DNA from: an uncultured bacterium
Lineage (GTDB): Bacteria > CSSED10-310 > CAZUFC01
DNA length: 64,000 nt
Assembly (NCBI GenBank): GCA_964619725.1
Contig: CAZUFC010000003.1
Location: 49,763 to 113,762, forward strand
Direction of reading: 5' to 3'
A program made the position numbers and the translations under genes. The notes under the pieces were generated by a model. It was not told where the DNA came from, searched no databases, and saw only the letters and a program-made list of their open reading frames with translations. Below are positions 10,400 to 19,086 of the stretch, piece after piece. Within the stretch, counting starts at the first letter, position 1. Every line of letters starts with the position of its first letter.

Positions 10400-10452
10400 A
10401 CTAATAAACTTGATCCGGGTTGACCGAAGGAGAAAAGAACGAAATGGGCGAT

Positions 10453-11928
10453 TCAACGCCAGCAAGGATGCCTGTCTCCTGCCTGCTGTTGAGTCAGCGG
10501 TTTCAATCCTGTGCCGTCGATGTTCACTATCCACAGGTCCCATTTGGATTTTCCGTTGTTTCCTCTGGCAAAACATAATTTTTGTCCATCCGGGGACCAG
10601 CAGGGATCATAATCATAATCCATTGTGGAAACCGCGCGGCGAAGATTTCTTCCTGCGGAGGAAAAAATCCAGATGTCTGAGGCATCTCGGTGGCCGTCTG
10701 AAACATAGGCCAGGTATTTGCCGTCAGGGGACCATTTTGCCCGGCAGCCGCTCTGAGGAGATATCCTTTCCGGTTCGTCCGAATTTCCCATGATTCGGTA
10801 AATATGCCAGAGGGGAAACAAGGGAGAACGGCTTGTGTAGGCAATGGCGCCGGTTTTCGGACACACTGCAGGCAACAAATCGCGTGCGCTTCCATTCGGA
10901 GAAAGTTGAACGATATCAGAACCGTCATTTGCATTCATGGAAAATACCTTGGATTTCCCGTTTCGTTCGGAACTGAAAATAATGCGTTTGCCGTCCTTCG
11001 ACCAGCATGGCGATTTATCCTCCGAAGTTTCTCTGGTCAGCCTTTTTAAGTCCGATCCGTCGCTGCTCATACGGAATATGTCCCAATTGCCATATCGGAA
11101 GCTTTGGAAAACGATGCTTTTCCCGTCAAACGACCACACCGGCCATTCATCTTCAGCTTCGTGATTAGTCAATCGCCTTAAATCGCTTCCGTCGGGTTTG
11201 ATTAGAAAAATATCCTTGTTCCCGTCACGGAATCCTGAAAAAAGTATCCCGTCACGGCCCGTTTGCGTCTTGACGCCGCTTGTCTCGATTTTACCCAGAT
11301 ATTCAGTCATCTGCTCTTCGGCCGCTCGATTTAACGGATTATGAAATAAAACTGCAGCAGTTCCGAAGACAAGACTAGCAACTAATACGGCGCTTCTTTG
11401 CTTAAACCAAATTCCCTTAAACCACGTTACTCCGAAAAGTAAAAACCCTCCCGCTGCAGTTTCTCTCAAACCCGCCTCTATATTATGATATCCGAAAATA
11501 AGTGCGGGGGTTCCTCTCCAGATATCAAGGAAAAATGGAAAAGGAGATATGAAATACTTGTCCGTAACAGGCCAGAACAACATTAATCCATAAGATTTCG
11601 AAGTGTCTACCGTGAAAAAATCCATTGCTGCATGCGAACCCGATAAAAGCAAACACAAAAAGAAAAACCTCAGAGAAAAGCGTCCGGCGATAAGACGATT
11701 GACTAACATGGCCGAGGCTGAAAAAAATAAAGCAAAGGCCAGGGTATGCATATGCGCATGATGATAATTGCTGCCCAGGGCTGCGCTGACGAGAAAATCA
11801 AAATCCATTGAATTCGCCGCAACCGCTGAAAAAACCAACATCGGCGTGCTCACCTTTTTTGCTTCCCGGGGCAGCGATGCAAGGTAAATCGACACTCCCA
11901 GCAACGTATGTCCTACCGGACTGGCCAC
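10453..11928 (-). CDS. Fusion: YbcI/YdjM-like membrane metal-dependent hydrolase + TolB-like PD40 beta-propeller
   Basis: N-terminal SPVGH...DFD...HHAHMHT...SHAAMD motif set; C-terminal PxWSxDG repeats; GTG 11928 behind GGAGG. Confidence 0.8.
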   Translation of the reverse strand: MASPVGHTLLGVSIYLASLPREAKKVSTPMLVFSAVAANSMDFDFLVSAALGSNYHHAHMHTLAFALFFSASAMLVNRLIAGRFSLRFFFLCLLLSGSHAAMDFFTVDTSKSYGLMLFWPVTDKYFISPFPFFLDIWRGTPALIFGYHNIEAGLRETAAGGFLLFGVTWFKGIWFKQRSAVLVASLVFGTAAVLFHNPLNRAAEEQMTEYLGKIETSGVKTQTGRDGILFSGFRDGNKDIFLIKPDGSDLRRLTNHEAEDEWPVWSFDGKSIVFQSFRYGNWDIFRMSSDGSDLKRLTRETSEDKSPCWSKDGKRIIFSSERNGKSKVFSMNANDGSDIVQLSPNGSARDLLPAVCPKTGAIAYTSRSPLFPLWHIYRIMGNSDEPERISPQSGCRAKWSPDGKYLAYVSDGHRDASDIWIFSSAGRNLRRAVSTMDYDYDPCWSPDGQKLCFARGNNGKSKWDLWIVNIDGTGLKPLTQQQAGDRHPCWR

Positions 11929-12278
11929 AGGACCTCCTTCCGCCGCCAAATACTAACATCGCATGCTGAGATCGGCAAGAAAATCAACAATGCAAGCGCT
12001 TTAAAACTCCTTCTTTTATCCGCGATTTTTCGGGACTCATCAAATAGGGATTACGAAATTCTGAGAATCACTTCTTCTCTTATCCATGATCATCAGGGCT
12101 ACCCGCGGTTACGGAGTCTATGTCTTGCTTCCCCCAAATCCGGGTTTTTTGGTCATCTCCGAACCTTTTGTATCGACAACCGAAATCCGGAATGCCTTTG
12201 TCAAAAGCGTCCGAAACCCGGACTGCCGTCAAAGAAAAAAGAATAACTGATACGCCGTCCGAAAACCTTAAAAAACTC

Positions 12279-12307
12279 TTGACAAGGTTTCGTAATCGTG
12301 CTAAACA
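12279..12307 (+). promoter_or_regulatory. sigma70-type promoter of tRNA-Phe
   Basis: TTGACA-17 nt-TAAACA with extended -10 TG, 15 nt upstream of the tRNA. Confidence 0.6.
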
Positions 12308-12322
12308 TTGCCTGCTTTTGAT

Positions 12323-12395
12323 GCCGGGATAGCTCAGTCGGTAGAGCGAGGGACTGAAAATCCCTGCGTCCCCAGTTCAATTCTGGGTCCCGGCA
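12323..12395 (+). tRNA. tRNA-Phe (GAA), CCA not encoded
   Basis: Full cloverleaf: acceptor GCCGGGA/TCCCGGC, D arm GCTC/GAGC, anticodon arm AGGGA-CTGAAAA-TCCCT, T arm CCCAG-TTCAATT-CTGGG. Confidence 0.97.
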
Positions 12396-12433
12396 TTCTC
12401 CTCGATAAATCGCATTCTCGTGATGCTTATGTT

Positions 12434-12477
12434 AAGGCCTCTGACCGATTTTCGACGAATTACGGCAGGGGCTTTTT
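12434..12477 (+). terminator. Probable intrinsic terminator after the tRNA
   Basis: AAGGCCTCTG...CAGGGGCTT stem followed by a T run. Confidence 0.55.
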
Positions 12478-12544
12478 GATTTCTTGATTGACCCGGAATT
12501 TCTTCAATTTAGCTCTATGAATCGCGCGACCGAACGGATTTAAT

Positions 12545-13840
12545 ATGAACCTCAGTGACGAAAAAATTGATGCCTTGGTCCTCGCAGGAACTCATCAGAA
12601 TCCCAAACGTCTGATTTTAGGAAAAAATAAAGGCTTTATTCGCCTCAGGGGACATCCCGCTCTGGAATACGTGATACGCGCTCTTCATTTTGCCGAGTCT
12701 GTCAACGATATTATCGTCGTCGGACCCATTGACCAGTTGGAACTTCTTAAAAAAGAAACAGATTATCCCTTCATCCCCGTCCCGGAACGCAACTCTTTTC
12801 TGAACAACGCCTGGGCAGGTTTTCTGCAGAGCCTGGAAAAACAGAAAATTTTCAGTCGTTTGGGTGATATTTCTAAAAAATTGAATTTTCCTGTTTCAAA
12901 TATAAGAAATTTTTTTTCAATCGAGCCCAAATATTTGATTATGGCGAACCTGGCCGCTGAATTTAAAAAACAAAATGACGAAAAACTCCACGTCTACAGA
13001 ATGGAAAAGGCCGTCGACAACTATATTATTAAAAATAAAATGGTCGGTGAATCCTTTCCCGGAGATTTTAAGGCTGAGTTAATCAAAAAACTGAAAGAAG
13101 ACCGCAGCGTTTTTTGCTTCGATAATCGACATTTCCGTTTCCAGTCCGATGAGATTCTGAACTTTTTTGTCACAATATATAAATGGACGAATAAACCGCT
13201 GCTGTTCCTCGGATGCGATATACCGCTCCTCACCCCGGTGGCCGTCGACGATTTTATCCGCCGCTGCAGACCCTTCGATGAAGACTTCTACTTCGGCGCC
13301 AACGAAGAACGGGACCTTATGCCCTATTATCCTAAAGACGGAAAAAGAGGAATTAAAAGACCATACCTCAGGTTTTATGAGTTCAACATCAGAGTCGCCA
13401 ACATAAACGTGGTTAAGCCCGCTCTAATTCGAAACGCCAAGCTCATCCAGAAAAGTTTCGACGTCAGAAAACTGAAAGAATGGCGAAACATCATCAAACT
13501 GACAAGGATCCTCGCAGATACCAGAGGAAAATTTAAAGCGCTTTATTACCTGGGCCTGTTTACTGCCGCATATGCCCTTGAAAAACACGGACTCGTCAAT
13601 GTCGTCAACAGCTTCCAAAAACTCCTTCCCGCCTACAAAATTGAAGCGCTTGCCTCCAGAATACTCGGTACCTCACTCACTATCGTTCTCTCACCCTTCG
13701 GCGGCATCTCTGTGGATATAGATTCTGAAGAAGATTTGAATATTATCGGCGCTAACTTCGAAGAATGGTTCGACTACCAATATGAAATCGCTGAACAACT
13801 CGGATACAGAGTCGATTATCAAAAAGCCTCACTCGAATGA
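12545..13840 (+). CDS. MobA-like NTP-transferase-fold protein with a large internal insertion
   Basis: DALVLAG...NKGF, LGCDIPLL and DIDSEEDL motifs. Confidence 0.75.
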   Translation: MNLSDEKIDALVLAGTHQNPKRLILGKNKGFIRLRGHPALEYVIRALHFAESVNDIIVVGPIDQLELLKKETDYPFIPVPERNSFLNNAWAGFLQSLEKQKIFSRLGDISKKLNFPVSNIRNFFSIEPKYLIMANLAAEFKKQNDEKLHVYRMEKAVDNYIIKNKMVGESFPGDFKAELIKKLKEDRSVFCFDNRHFRFQSDEILNFFVTIYKWTNKPLLFLGCDIPLLTPVAVDDFIRRCRPFDEDFYFGANEERDLMPYYPKDGKRGIKRPYLRFYEFNIRVANINVVKPALIRNAKLIQKSFDVRKLKEWRNIIKLTRILADTRGKFKALYYLGLFTAAYALEKHGLVNVVNSFQKLLPAYKIEALASRILGTSLTIVLSPFGGISVDIDSEEDLNIIGANFEEWFDYQYEIAEQLGYRVDYQKASLE

Positions 13841-14241
13841 TTTGTCGCCCCATGATTAAAAAATTCCTTAAGAAAATATTTTCCGAAGATTTCTTCTCCG
13901 ATTTTGAAACTGTCGTCGTTACGCGGAAAAGTCCTCTCGAATCCTGTAAACACTTCAATGGTGGTCCGCAGAAATACCGGTTTAAATTCGTTTCCAGACA
14001 AAACAGCGTTTTTTCCGTTAAAATCGGTAAAGCCGTCAAAAAGAAAAACAGGTTTGCAGGAGTCCCGGCCGATTCTCAAAAAATCGCCGGCAAGGATCGT
14101 ACAGTCGAAGTCATTGTCGACGGCAACCGTTTCTGTATGAAAAACGATGATTACTGGTTAGTAAAGATCAGGTGCCTTACTTTAGACCCCGATGTTAAAC
14201 AAAATATCCTGGATATCTACGTATCGCTACTCGAATCCTGA
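13837..14241 (+). CDS. Hypothetical protein
   Basis: 134-aa ORF with ATGA overlap on the upstream stop; no recognised motif. Confidence 0.55.
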   Translation: MICRPMIKKFLKKIFSEDFFSDFETVVVTRKSPLESCKHFNGGPQKYRFKFVSRQNSVFSVKIGKAVKKKNRFAGVPADSQKIAGKDRTVEVIVDGNRFCMKNDDYWLVKIRCLTLDPDVKQNILDIYVSLLES

Positions 14242-14299
14242 TAGTCCTTTGCAGCATGGCTTCAATAAAATGCACCCATAGAGAATTAATTGATTTCTC

Positions 14300-14406
14300 T
14301 CCATAAACGGCGAATTTTTTCTAATGATGCGTCAGGCTGCGCAAGAATAGCGGCGAAATGTTGAGCAAGTCCGTAAGAGCAGCGCTTGAAGACGCAGGGA
14401 TATGGA
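14300..14406. repeat. Degenerate relative of the MITE-like repeat
   Basis: TCCATAAACGGCGAATTTTT..TGCGTCAG matches the element end; internal TGAGCAAGTCCG; closes with inverted TATGGA. Confidence 0.55.
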
Positions 14407-14483
14407 CGGTCGTGACAGCTTTTTTGTATGAGAAATCAGGGCTGATCGATTCCCAGGCCCATCACGCTCAATATTCGCCGGAA

Positions 14484-14777
14484 CTACAATTCGTAACACG
14501 AATCAATACCATATTTGTATTTCGGCTCTTTTATCGGGATTATCCAGTCAATCGCATTCTTGTTCACAAGCATAAATTTCTTCTCGTCAATCTTCTCTTT
14601 TGTGCCTACGTCTATTATTCTCGCATCATTCACCGGTACAAATGATACTTCAGCCCTGTTCACATAATCAGATAAACGCCCCCTTCTGAATTCCTTCTCA
14701 GTCACGAGAACTTTCCCCACTATGATTAAATTCCTGGAATGCATCTCCACGACTGCATATCCGCGTTCAACTTCCAT
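14484..14777 (-). CDS. Small hypothetical protein (DUF6812-like)
   Basis: RLSDYVN...FVPVNDA...FMLVNKNAI pattern; SD GAGGTG. Confidence 0.7.
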   Translation of the reverse strand: MEVERGYAVVEMHSRNLIIVGKVLVTEKEFRRGRLSDYVNRAEVSFVPVNDARIIDVGTKEKIDEKKFMLVNKNAIDWIIPIKEPKYKYGIDSCYEL

Positions 14778-14962
14778 CTCGGCACCTCATCTTTGCTTCT
14801 GTTTTCAAAATGTATCCGCCTTATCCTAAACCGCCCATACTCTTCAAATCACTCCTTAACGCACGCTTTCTCATGTCTGCCGGCCTCAACCTTAAAATAA
14901 CGATCCCAAACTCTCTCCGCACACCCGGTTACTGCGCAATTCAAAATTCTACGACAGCAGAA

Positions 14963-14991
14963 ATTATATGCAAGCATCCCTTTGCTGTCAA
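14963..14991 (-). promoter_or_regulatory. Perfect-consensus sigma70 promoter
   Basis: Minus strand reads TTGACA-gcaaagggatgcttgca (17 nt)-TATAAT. Confidence 0.8.
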
Positions 14992-15090
14992 ATATCGAAC
15001 TCAGCCGTCTTCGAACGAGTTGAATTTCTCGATTTTTTGCGTAATAGTATAATTTTTTTCACTTTTTTTGAAATTACAAGAGGATTGATA

Positions 15091-15119
15091 TTGACATTTC
15101 ATTAAAATGCATATATTTT
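15091..15119 (+). promoter_or_regulatory. sigma70-type promoter (divergent partner)
   Basis: TTGACA-17 nt-TATTTT upstream of the PAS protein gene. Confidence 0.55.
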
Positions 15120-15241
15120 TACAAAAGACTTAGTTTTCCTGGTGTGGGGCCCGGAAGCGTCAGATAAGTCAAAAAGCCGATCAACGATTTTTATTTAACA
15201 GGGGCATTTTCAAAGAATTCCAAACAATCGATAAAGCCAGT

Positions 15242-16498
15242 ATGAAGCTAGAACAAAGAATCTTAGTGTTTGATCGTACGGGCGGGGAGCAAAATGAAAT
15301 AGAAAAGTGGTTCAGGAGAAACCTGAAGGATTTCAACGTTTATTTTTTCAAAGATCGCGAGAAGTGCATGCGCGAATTGAAGCGCGGCCGGAATTACTTC
15401 AATGTTCTTATTGCATGTTATTCTCGTTTGGAGGGTGTTGAGGACATCAGGTGGATAAATTCTCTTCAGGAGAATCAGCATTCCATAATACCGATAATTT
15501 TTTTCAAGGAAGAAGGCTGGGAGGAATCCAGTCGAATTTGTACTGAGATGGGATTAAGGAATATATTGATTTGGAGCGAAGCGGAAGCGGGCAAGAATTA
15601 TTATAGGAATTTGATCAGACAATATATAAAGCGTGAATTGCAGATTTTAAAATTGGAAGAGAAGAAGGATGCTATGAGGAAACTAATGCAGTCCAATGAA
15701 GAGCAATATGACGTGATAATGGATAATTTATCGGAGCTTGTATTCATTACGGATATGAGCGGGAGCATTACCTATGTGAATTCAGCCTGCATGGAAATTT
15801 TAGGCTACGAGCCGGATGAGATGGTGGGGCAATTATTTGATTCTTTTTGTATGCCGGAGCAATCTTCTACAGTGCGAGAGTTGATGCAGGATATGCTGAG
15901 AGGGCGGGAGCCGCTTGTTCATATGGCAGATTTTATGACGAAATCGGGAGAGAAGAAGAACCTGCAATTTTGTTTGATTCCTTTAAAGTCGCCGGAGGAG
16001 GATATCCAGGGAGTCATGGGGACAGTGATAGATTTGACGGAACTGGTGCGCGCATGCGCAACGTATAATGAGAGCCGTCATATGTTTTATACTCTTTCTG
16101 AGCACGTATCGGAAGCGGTCGCCCTTATTAACGGGGAAAAGTTTATTTTCGTCAATTCCCAATGGGCTAATTTAACGGGTTATTCAAAGGAGACGTTCCT
16201 TTTTACGTTTCGTTTTGAAACGCTGGTAGAAGACGGCAGTTTGGATCAAGTCAGAAGAGAGATAAATGATTTGCTGATCGGAAAAAGGATGTATTCCGTT
16301 TTCCGGTTCAATATTAAAACCCGCCATGCCGGATCAAAATTTTGCGAATGCACGGCGCTGAGAACGGAATACGCCGGACAGGCGGCAATTATATTGAAAT
16401 GCAACGAAATATCAGATTCTCCGCTATATGATTTTCCGATTAATCAGGAAAGCGACAGGGGGCCGGAGCCAATAAATCCTGAAGAGTATTTTTCCTGA
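15242..16498 (+). CDS. Degenerate receiver-like domain + two PAS domains, no output domain
   Basis: PAS S-box motifs ITYVNSACMEILGYEPDEMVG and FIFVNSQWANLTGYS; N-terminal alpha/beta REC-like region without a clear acidic pocket. Confidence 0.75.
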   Translation: MKLEQRILVFDRTGGEQNEIEKWFRRNLKDFNVYFFKDREKCMRELKRGRNYFNVLIACYSRLEGVEDIRWINSLQENQHSIIPIIFFKEEGWEESSRICTEMGLRNILIWSEAEAGKNYYRNLIRQYIKRELQILKLEEKKDAMRKLMQSNEEQYDVIMDNLSELVFITDMSGSITYVNSACMEILGYEPDEMVGQLFDSFCMPEQSSTVRELMQDMLRGREPLVHMADFMTKSGEKKNLQFCLIPLKSPEEDIQGVMGTVIDLTELVRACATYNESRHMFYTLSEHVSEAVALINGEKFIFVNSQWANLTGYSKETFLFTFRFETLVEDGSLDQVRREINDLLIGKRMYSVFRFNIKTRHAGSKFCECTALRTEYAGQAAIILKCNEISDSPLYDFPINQESDRGPEPINPEEYFS

Positions 16499-16609
16499 TG
16501 ACGTCAAGCATGCCGGCATAGGAAAAATGCAGACTCGTTGCAGCAAATAAGCATGTAAGAGGTTTGTTTTTTATTGATTCGCAGCGCTTGTCCTCCCCGG
16601 CATGACGAA

Positions 16610-16725
16610 TTTAAAATTACTTTTCGGTCGGGCGTCGTGCCGGCAAATATCACTTTTGCGCCGCAAGAGGGATCAGAAACTTCAACCGCCTTTTCGTCCA
16701 TGCCAGAAGGATCAAAAACGATTTT
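16610..16725 (-). pseudogene. Possible decayed moaE (molybdopterin synthase large subunit) fragment
   Basis: Translates to VSDPSCGAKVIFAGTTPDRKV, resembling the MoaE N-terminal VxxPxCGAxxxFxGTxR motif; the remainder is missing. Confidence 0.3.
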
Positions 16726-16824
16726 ACGGACAGTTTCAGGGTACGGTTTTAAGGTTGAATTCAGGAACAAATTCGGTGAGAATAGAGCGGACAGTTTGAT
16801 TTAATTAATCGAAAAGGTGGGGCA

Positions 16825-17931
16825 ATGGCGGCGATATCGAATAAGAAGTTGAGATTCTTAAAGGCGGCGGCATTTATGGTGAGTCTAGTCGTTTCGCTGT
16901 TGACTGCTGAGATAATCATCAGGATAATCGATTTTCAGCCGAAGGGGCGAACGGGAGTAAGGAACGCGCAGCGGACATCGAGTATTCCGGGCGTTTTTTT
17001 TGAGTTAAGACCGAACAATGAATTTGAATGGATTTACGGTAAGAAAAGTTTTTGGGGTGAAGATTACAATATCCCGGTGAAGGTGAATTCTCTTGGCTTC
17101 AGGGATGAGGAGCTACTTATCCCCAAACCTGCCGGATTTTTGCGGATACTGGCGATTGGGGATTCTTTCACTCTGGGAATGGGGGTTGAGGCTGAGGAGG
17201 TTTATGTCGAACAGTTGGAAGTCATATTGAACGAACAGAGCGGCGGAGATTCTGATATAGAAGTAATAAACGCCGGCGTCGGAGGTTATGATACTAATCA
17301 GGAATTGGCATTTTTCAAGGCGCGCGGGGCAGCATTAGAACCTGATATGGTCATTCTGGGTTTCTATGTGAACGACGTGATTGAGAAAAAAAAACTGACC
17401 GTTGATCACAGAGGGCTTCTCACGGAAAGAGAAACCGGAGCGCGAGAACAGAAATACCGGGACTTGCTTTATGATCCCGAAGAGGAGAGGAGCTGGTTGG
17501 AGTATGTCGTTGAAGAAAGTCATCTGATAAGATGGTTGTCCCGGAGAAAGACGGCCGATCAGGATCAGTTGGTCCAGGTTTCGCCGGGCAAAAGAAACAG
17601 AGAAAGAACAGCGTCAGCCCTGCTTGAATTTAAGGAAATAATTGATAAGATGGGTATTCCGCTTTTAGTCCTGGTTTTTCCAACGCTTGAGGATTTACCT
17701 GAGAACAGCTTTGATGTTATGGATTATCATTGGGCTGTAGAATTTTGCCGAGATAACGGCATGGCGACGCTTCCCATGGCCGATGCCGTGAAGGAGATTC
17801 CCTGGAATGAGCTCTGGGCTCATCCCCGAGACCATCATCCCGGTCCGGTCGCTCATAGACTTTTCGCCGATATGATCAGCAGGCATATCGATGTTGACGA
17901 CGGCGAGTTAACCTTAAAGATGGAAACGTGA
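16825..17931 (+). CDS. Membrane-anchored SGNH/GDSL hydrolase
   Basis: NSLGFRD, IGDSFT, INAGVGGY, YVND, DHHP catalytic blocks. Confidence 0.88.
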   Translation: MAAISNKKLRFLKAAAFMVSLVVSLLTAEIIIRIIDFQPKGRTGVRNAQRTSSIPGVFFELRPNNEFEWIYGKKSFWGEDYNIPVKVNSLGFRDEELLIPKPAGFLRILAIGDSFTLGMGVEAEEVYVEQLEVILNEQSGGDSDIEVINAGVGGYDTNQELAFFKARGAALEPDMVILGFYVNDVIEKKKLTVDHRGLLTERETGAREQKYRDLLYDPEEERSWLEYVVEESHLIRWLSRRKTADQDQLVQVSPGKRNRERTASALLEFKEIIDKMGIPLLVLVFPTLEDLPENSFDVMDYHWAVEFCRDNGMATLPMADAVKEIPWNELWAHPRDHHPGPVAHRLFADMISRHIDVDDGELTLKMET

Positions 17932-17987
17932 GCTTCAGAATGAGCAGTTAACCCGCCGTTTACACGGTCTGAAAAAAAGGAGAAAAG

Positions 17988-18956
17988 ATGAGCAGCATTA
18001 AGTCGTTTTTTACTGGAAGAAACCGGCAAGTCATTTTTTGCATTGTCTGCATAAGCGTCAGCGGTTTTACATCCTTGTGCCGGAGCGAGAACGGGGAAAA
18101 AGCCGGCGAAACGGACGATAAATGGAAATTTATGGCTGTCATAAGCGGGGCGCTGGCTTTTGCCCATTACGATAACTGGCAGGCGGGCGGAACGGATTCA
18201 ATCAACCTTAACGGTAAATTGACGGCAGGCGCCGAGTGGAAATCGGCAAAATCCAGCTGGGATAACCTTCTTGAGGCCGAATATGGAATGTCGAAAGTCG
18301 AAGAAGAGGATTCCAGAAAATCGGTCGATAAATTAAAATTGGAGACCCGTTATTTATATGAACTAAGGAAAAATTGGGCCGCGTATCTGAGACTGACCGG
18401 GAAAGCGCCGATGACGGAAGGCTATCTTTACTATGAGGAACCTGTTGATGCTGTTTTTGATGATGAGCGCCGGGACCTTTACGGCGTAGAGCGCGTCAAA
18501 ATAGCCGATGCCTTCGAACCTCTGACGCTCAATGAGGGATTGGGAATAGAGGTTATTGCATTTCAGGAAGAAGAAAGTCTCGAACTTAAGTTCCATGCTG
18601 GGGCGGGAATGAGTCAACTGTTTTGCATGAATTACTACCAGGAAGAAGATGATGAAGAAACGGAATCGGTTCTGGAATTTTCAGAAGTGGAATCTTATCA
18701 GGATTACGGAGCGGAAAGCGGTTTTGATTTCAGGAAAAATTTTTCTGAAATCGCCTACATGACGTCAAAAATGGATGGATTCTACGGCATAGACAATAAT
18801 TTTTTTCAATTAAGCTGGGAGAACGCGATTTCAGTAAGCATCAGCGATTATTTCGGCATAACGGTTACCGCGGAAATGGCATATGATGAACTGATAATTG
18901 AAGAAACTCAATGGAAAACCGGAACTCTTCTGACTCTCAGTTATAAATTTCTTTGA
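17988..18956 (+). CDS. Outer-membrane beta-barrel protein (DUF3078/DUF481-like)
   Basis: NWQAGG, WDNLLEAEYG, RKSVDKL motifs; C-terminal amphipathic strand LSYKFL. Confidence 0.75.
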   Translation: MSSIKSFFTGRNRQVIFCIVCISVSGFTSLCRSENGEKAGETDDKWKFMAVISGALAFAHYDNWQAGGTDSINLNGKLTAGAEWKSAKSSWDNLLEAEYGMSKVEEEDSRKSVDKLKLETRYLYELRKNWAAYLRLTGKAPMTEGYLYYEEPVDAVFDDERRDLYGVERVKIADAFEPLTLNEGLGIEVIAFQEEESLELKFHAGAGMSQLFCMNYYQEEDDEETESVLEFSEVESYQDYGAESGFDFRKNFSEIAYMTSKMDGFYGIDNNFFQLSWENAISVSISDYFGITVTAEMAYDELIIEETQWKTGTLLTLSYKFL

Positions 18957-19004
18957 AAAAGCAGGGGTTTATTGTCCTCTGTCAAGTAAGGAGGATAAAC
19001 CGCC

Positions 19005-19056
19005 ACCCGCATTTTATATGTCATTTTTTAAGGAAATGAGCATAAGAAATGCGGGT
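19005..19056. terminator. Long hairpin between convergent genes
   Basis: ACCCGCATTT...TCATTT/AAATGA...AAATGCGGGT nested stem. Confidence 0.5.
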
Positions 19057-19086
19057 TAAAATTTCAGGTCGGATTCAGGGTAAGCC

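Noticed and set aside
12323-12395. tRNA-Phe as an integration site of an island
   Set aside because: No integrase and no duplicated tRNA 3' end noticed in the window.
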